Positions 59,301-64,000 of a stretch of 64,000 nucleotides of DNA are shown in pieces. The DNA is from Lama guanicoe (lineage: Eukaryota). The notes below the pieces were generated by a model. The model had not been told where the DNA came from. It saw only the letters and a list, made by a program, of their open reading frames with translations, and ran no database searches. The stretch's first letter is position 1; every line of letters begins with the position of its first letter. Where the stretch lies: assembly GCA_013239625.1 (NCBI GenBank), contig MU053334.1:507190-571189 (forward strand), written 5' to 3'. The position numbers and the translations under genes were made by a program.

Positions 59301-60920
59301 CCCCCAGGGCTTCAAGCACTCGAGGGTAGATGGGCAGTGCTGCGGGGAGTGCGTGCAGACAGCTTGCTTCACACCCGATGGCCAGCTGGTCCAGGTAAGG
59401 GGGGCTCAGTCTCAGGCTCCCCTCTCCCTCCAGAGACCCTCTCCTCCAGCTCCTCTCTGCCCATCAGATAATCCTCAACCTGGCCCCTCCTCTCCCCCTG
59501 ATTTCAGCCCAACGAGACCTGGGTCAACAGCCTCGTGGACAACTGCACGGAGTACCACTGCCAAGCCACGAACGGGCCCCCTTTGCTGACCCCGACACCT
59601 GTCGCTTGCCAGGACGTGTCCACCTGCAGGGTGTGTCGGCCTGGCCTGCTCCCCGCCCTGGAGACCCCGCCCTGGAGGCCACGGGCGCCCTCAGAAGGCC
59701 CCACCCACAGAAAACCGGTTGCTGCTACTCCTGTGAGGAAGTGGGTAAGTTGAGGCCCACCCTCCTGGCCCCCAGTGCCACCCAGTCTCCGTCCACCGAC
59801 CCCTCCAGGAGCTGCCCAGCCCCAGAGCCCCACTCTGAGCGGGGGGGGGGTGAGGTGGGGGGGGTGCGGGTCGGGGTCCTCAGAGACCCGCCTCCACCAC
59901 CTTTCCTCTGCCCAGACTCCTGCCAGGTCCAAGTCGGCGCGATGGTCCTGCAGCACGGGGGCTGCGTCACCCAGGCCGCCGTCACGGTCTCCTTCTGCGA
60001 GGGTTTCTGCCCCGGAGGGTCCAGGTGAGTGGCCGGCGCCCTCTCCGCGTCCCTGCTGCCCCCGGTCCCCACCACCACCACCCACCCCGGGCAACAAGGG
60101 GTCACCAGCCAGTGCCCCACAGGGCCCTGTCCCTGGCCAGATGCCGTGGGCTGGGGCTGGAGGGCCCAGCATCTGCAGGAAGGAGGAAGGGCCACGGCTC
60201 CCCAGAGCACCTCCATCTGCACAAAGCCTGGGGCCTCCCCTGACCCCCCAGAGCCAGGCCCAGGAGAGCTGGGCTGGGCCACGTGGGCCAGGGCACCACG
60301 GCTATGGACCAGAGGGTCAGTGACCACACACGGGACGGCTGGAATCAGGGCCTTCTAGGAACCAGACTGCCAGTGCAGAGCTGCAGGCAGAGCCCCACCC
60401 CCGCACGCCCAGGCTGCAGCCGGATGTCAACGGGCAGGCCAGAGAGCTGAGCGCTCTTGGCCAGAAGGGGCAGGCTGGAGGGCCCGGGGCAGGCTCCCAG
60501 AGGAGGAGTCTGCCAGGGCAGCAAGTGTGAGGAGCTTGTTTGGGGAAGAGAAGGGTCCTGGCTCAGGGAGGCCAGGGCTCAAAGTGACCCAGAGTGCCAC
60601 CCAGGCCAGCACAGAGAAGCCGTGTGTGCTCAGACAGCCACAGTCCACCCTCTCCAGACCCCAGGGAGACCAGGAGCCGGGTGGTCCGGGCGCCCGGGCT
60701 GGCCGGGCCAGGTTCTGAGGGCCACGTCTGCAGGTACTCCATGAGGGCCCAGGCCTCACAGTGCCAGTGCACCTGCTGCCAGGAAACCAGGACTCACCAG
60801 GAGGTGGTGACCATGCAGTGTCCCAACGGGACGGCCATCCAGCACACCTACACCCATGTGGACGAGTGCAGCTGCGTCCCATCCTGTGGGACACAGGACA
60901 GCACCCACACCACCGTCTGA
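35380..60920 (+). CDS. MUC5B: Mucin-5B multi-exon gene (signal peptide, D1-D2-D'-D3, CysD/PTS, D4, VWC, cystine knot), interrupted by two assembly gaps
   Basis: ATG 35380 [23 protein letters not shown]. Exons: 35380-35449, 37256-37327 (tentative), 37866-37916, 38202-38463, 38562-38676, 38798-38888, 39082-39188, 39863-40064, 40509-40634 (GC donor), 40775-40892, 40987-41125, 41396-41506, 41661-41730, 42093-42230, 42556-42720, 43045-43139, 44130-44256, 44510-44765, 45066-45118, 45207-45307, 45453-45604, 46079-46217, 46299-46412, 47304-47483, 47960-48199, 49073-49229, 49537-49665, 49855-49999, 50213-50256, 50331-gap, gap-53657, 53810-53991, 54284-54455, 55193-55440, 55825-56011, 56296-56497, 56584-56750, 56824-56893, 57118-57218, 57531-57562, 57838-58018, 58359-58463, 58547-58584, 58783-58899, 59308-59394, 59508-59630, 59711-59744, 59916-60024, 60734-60920 (TGA). 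One in-frame TAG at 50495 next to the gap. Confidence 0.94.
37490..37645. repeat. Degenerate (CA)-rich simple repeat in a MUC5B intron
   Basis: cacacgcgctcacgcacgtgatcacacacgttcacacccacac... Confidence 0.7.
39630..39752. repeat. Degenerate (GGAT)n simple repeat in a MUC5B intron
   Basis: ggatggatatatggatggacagagggatgg...ggatggatggaagg. Confidence 0.85.
43310..43690 (-). mobile_element. MLT1-like LTR remnant in a MUC5B intron
   Basis: tgtaacgaaggaccacagactggggctgaaa..ccagcttctgg..agggacacc..ctgcaaatgccccatttcca..tcttttgggg. Confidence 0.75.
46495..46960 (-). mobile_element. MLT1-like LTR remnant in a MUC5B intron
   Basis: ctgtaacagaggaccacagcttgggacttaaaa..aaattcattctct..aaatcaaaatgtcacagggcc..taatcacacgtgcaaagaccctttttccaaat..atgtcttttgggg. 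Confidence 0.85.
50065..50139. other. Assembly gap (75 N) in a G-rich intronic repeat
   Basis: N run flanked by gtctggg / ggtggg units. Confidence 0.99.
50530..51267. other. Assembly gap (738 N) covering the MUC5B exon 30/31 junction region
   Basis: N run flanked by C/A-rich Thr/Ser/Pro-coding sequence on both sides. Confidence 0.99.
51268..53657 (+). CDS. MUC5B: Visible part of the MUC5B central exon: 3 CysD domains plus PTS
   Basis: Open frame from 51269 (STPISFTS...[19 protein letters not shown]) to donor CCAG|gtgagg at 53657/53658; CysD at about 51371-51676, 51971-52273 and 52538-52840. Confidence 0.92.
51906..53039 (+). repeat. 567-bp tandem duplication (CysD + PTS linker) x2
   Basis: 51906-52472 vs 52473-53039; one internal mismatch seen (a52322/g52889) before divergence in the last few bases. 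Confidence 0.95.
52979..53428 (+). repeat. 54-bp coding tandem repeat, 8 full units ([11 protein letters not shown][SRL/THP/SSL]SST[G/V])
   Basis: Units start at 52979+54n; partial ninth unit at 53411. Confidence 0.93.
54670..55085 (-). mobile_element. MLT1-like LTR remnant in a MUC5B intron
   Basis: cagaagtctgagctcaaggtgtcagcagggcc..ctccctccgaggctcta..ttggatttagggccc..taatccagactgacctcatcttgagatccttaactta..gcaaagagctttttcccc. Confidence 0.85.
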
Positions 60921-61473
60921 CGCATTCTGCCCCCGCCCCACACGCCCTCCGCACCTGGAGACAGAGCGTGCACCTCCCAACCACCAAGACCTCGGGAGCC
61001 CTGCCCACCTTACACCTGCCCCAGGTGAAACCTGGGCCCTGGAGGGTGACGGCGCAGTGAGGCTGTGCTTGAGAAGGGCCCCAGGCGGGGGCCTTGCCCT
61101 CAGAGCCTCCCCCTGCCTGTTTTGGCCCCCTACCTGGCCACGAGGGCCCGCCTCGGATCCGAAACACAGGCACCCACTCCGCCCAGGCTCCCCCGCTTCC
61201 TGGTGTCAGATGGCTGCCCTGGAGAGCGTTGCACACCCGCCATTCCCACCGCGGGCCTGTGTGCCCCGCTGCCCCTCCGAGCCGGTGGAGCAGACTCCCT
61301 CTGGCTGCCTCCTGCGGCTGACCACAGACAAGCCTGTCCCTGCAAGGCTGGCCGCCCCCAGGGAGCTGCGCCTGGCAGGCTGGCTGCCTGGCCTGTGTCT
61401 GCCCAAGGGGCGGGCCGGGGAGGGGTTGGCACCCCACGGCACCCCCACCCCCACTCATCCCGCTCGTCTTGCA

Positions 61474-61479
61474 AATAAA
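61474..61479 (+). terminator. MUC5B poly(A) signal AATAAA
   Basis: About 550 nt after TGA, followed by a GT/T-rich tract (gtcttggtgtctct). Confidence 0.85.
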
Positions 61480-62494
61480 TGCTGAGCATCTCGCGCACGT
61501 CCTCGTCTTGGTGTCTCTCCCTCTGCTGTGGGCCAGGCTGTCCAGAGCCCCACAGGCCGTACCGCGCCCAGGGCTCTCGCTGGACCTGCCAGGAGGGCAG
61601 GTGTGGCAGGGGGCAGGGAGGCCCCCAGGATCAGTCTTGCAGAGTCAGGGGTCTTCCAGGGGCTCGAAAACACCCTATTATTTCAAACAAGTGAGGTTTA
61701 TAAGGAAGCTGGACAAGCCGTGGGGGGTGGGGCACGGGAAGGCGACGCAGTGGGCGTTGGTGCAGGAAGCAGCTGCCCCGCTGTGCTCGGACCCCGAGGG
61801 AGGAGCCTGGTGTGGGGTGGGGGGAGGGCAGATGGTAAACACAGGAACCAGGACCACCTCTGGCCTCACTGTGCGGTTAGGACCAGAAGGGACCTGTGAC
61901 CAGGGCGGGGCGGCCACCTGGGGAAGCTGAGGCAGCGCTGGCCCCTGCTGGGGCAAGGGGAGGGCCTCCTCACGCCACCGGCACCACATGACCTGCCTCT
62001 GCCTGCCGCGTGGTCCTGCCCACACAAGGGAATGGCAGCCGCAGGATCTACCTTTACGGAGCTCCTGCCCCACCACGGGCTGAGGTGCTCAGCTCCCGGG
62101 GAATGTGGGGGCTGGGGGCCCCGAGAGGAGGGCCTGGGGTCTCTTTAGGGCCATTCCTACGCACCTCACTGAGGTCTGGTCAGGGCAGGCTGGCCTGGGC
62201 CGGAGATGGTCCAGGAGGGTGGACAAGGTTGCAGGTACAATGCAAGTGAGGCTGGCCGCCCGCCTTGGCCACCACGAGGGGCAGCTTCTGTAAGCTGACC
62301 CTGTGTGTCCCAGTCTGGTCCCAGGGGGGCTGTGGCCAGGTCACACCCAGCCTTAGCCTTTGTTAATCTGCGTGCAAAACAACAGCACTTCCTAACCCTC
62401 ACTCACTCTCAGGGCACGGCTGTTTCGATAATGATCCACATGCCTCTTACCAACTAGGCGTGTTTCCACGGCGCCTGGAATGTGAGTGCTCGTG

Positions 62495-62710
62495 TCTCAA
62501 GTACGTGATGTGCCTTCCACGTGCCAGGGCATCATCTAATTTAGTCCTGAGAGCCACCCCATGGCACGTGTGCCGCTATTTCTCCCACTGTACAGGTGGG
62601 GAAGCTGAGGCACGGAGCCACGCAAAGACTCGCGTCCGTAACGTGTGGGCGGGGCTCAAGTCCAGGCAGCCTGGCTCCAGAGCCCACAAGGCCAGCCACA
62701 AGCCTCTACT
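62495..62710. mobile_element. MIR SINE remnant
   Basis: gtgccagg..catctaattt..cccactgtacaggtggggaagctgaggcacggag..ggggctcaagtccaggcagcctggctccagagccc resembles the MIR core. Confidence 0.75.
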
Positions 62711-63663
62711 GCCGCCTTGTGGGGGCCGCAGCAAAAACCAGTACGGTGAACAAAGACAAAGCAATGTCACTTAAACTTCAAATATTTTTTAGAAAGGATT
62801 TCTGGTTTCCAGGCGGGAAAGTGGGCGTGTCTTCTCCCACAGAGACAAAAACTATGACAAAGAAAGAAACTGTGATATGATGGCCCCTGAAAACAAGGCA
62901 GTGGACGACCTGCAAAGCTGACGGGCATCCCGCAGAGGAGACGGCGGGGAAGCCCTGGGGCGGCGTCTGGTCAGCGATCATCGCGATGATCTTCAGAACA
63001 AAGACACGAGCTCTCGGCTGAAAGTTCTCCGGGATCTCTGAGCGAGAGTAGGAATGAACCTGCTCCTGGACCCTCGCGGGGGAGGTTTCAGGGTCTCAAG
63101 GCAAAGAGACGCCTCGGAGCGACCAGGAAGGCCAGGCAGGGACCCACACGGGACCAAGAGTCAGGCTGGGGCGGGCTTCTCGCCGGTACCCTGGCCGCGA
63201 GGAGGCTGCGGCGCAGCATTTTCAAAGTACGAGGGAAGACGACTTTGAACAGCGAATTCCACACCCAGGTAAACGACCATCTAAGAGTGCCAACGAGAAA
63301 GGGGCACTTCCGACATGGAGATCCTGCTGGACTCAGAAAGCTGAGGTCCCACTGACCCTGTGCCAGAGAGCTGCCGAGGGGGTCGGGGCCCACCGAGGAG
63401 AGACGGTGAGCCCTGGGTGGCGCGGCCGGATGACCACAGCTGCAGTGAGCACGGGGTCAGCCACCCGGACACCCCGGGACACGTCGAGAAGACGCCAGCA
63501 GATCTGACGCTGAGGTTCAAGATGTCGATGAGTGTGAGTCTGTGCTCTCCCTCACGGTCAGCGCTCCCTGGTCTTCTTTCAGGAGCCTTCCCTGCCCTGG
63601 GATCAGAGACAGGGTCTTCGGGATTCTTTCCTCCACAGCGCTACGGTTTTGTCTTCTGCCCAG

Positions 63664-64000
63664 TTTTTTTTTTTCTTTTTTCTTTTTTTCTTTTTTTTGC
63701 GGTAAAGCACACATAGAATTTGCCGTCTTTACAGCACAAGTCAGTAACATGCGTGTCCTCACGTTGTTCTGCAACCATCTCTGTGATTCGCCCCATCTCC
63801 TCAAGCTGAAGCCCTGGCCCCTCTGCACACTCTCCCCCAGGCTCCCCTCTCCCCACCCCAGCACTACCTCCTGTCTGTGATTTGGTCGACACCGCAGACC
63901 TCGTGCAAGTTAAATCAACAGCAGTTCTCCTTTTGTGTCTGGTTTATTTCACTGACCATAAGGTTCATCTCAAGGTTCATCCAGGTGGCAGCCTGTATCC
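63664..64000 (-). mobile_element. L1M 3' end with poly(A) tail, minus strand, running off the window
   Basis: Poly-T at 63664-63698 followed by cacgttgttctgcaaccatc..ttttgtgtctggtttatttcactga..tcaaggttcatcca. Confidence 0.85.

Noticed and set aside
35380..60920. MUC5B as a pseudogene
   Set aside because: Promoter, splice sites and all other exons appear intact; the single stop is at a contig edge.
62740..63300. Possible additional gene or L1 ORF1 fragment downstream of MUC5B
   Set aside because: A-rich patches are suggestive but too degenerate to assign without a repeat search.

Overview
GC-rich eutherian mammalian genomic DNA (no Alu, B1/B2 or Bov-tA SINEs seen; species not determinable) from the gel-forming mucin cluster. 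It holds, both on the + strand, the 3' 37 exons of MUC5AC (207-18470, entering at the equivalent of exon 13) and an apparently complete 49-exon-type MUC5B (35380-60920) with two N-gaps. Between them is a ~16.5 kb spacer carrying a decayed L1, an MLT1-type LTR and several transcription-factor motif clusters. Main observations: (i) exon-restricted near-100% identity between MUC5AC and MUC5B in D2/D3 exons, including 47 nt of intron, pointing to gene conversion at the polymerisation domain; (ii) the MUC5B upstream enhancer carries T at the position matching human rs35705950; (iii) compact central exons with lineage-specific repeats (perfect 96-bp higher-order array in MUC5AC; near-perfect 567-bp CysD duplication and a 54-bp repeat in MUC5B); (iv) a GC-AG intron and several lesions beside gaps that may be assembly errors. 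Human comparisons are from memory and were not computed. Most ORF-track ORFs are GC-content or repeat artefacts.
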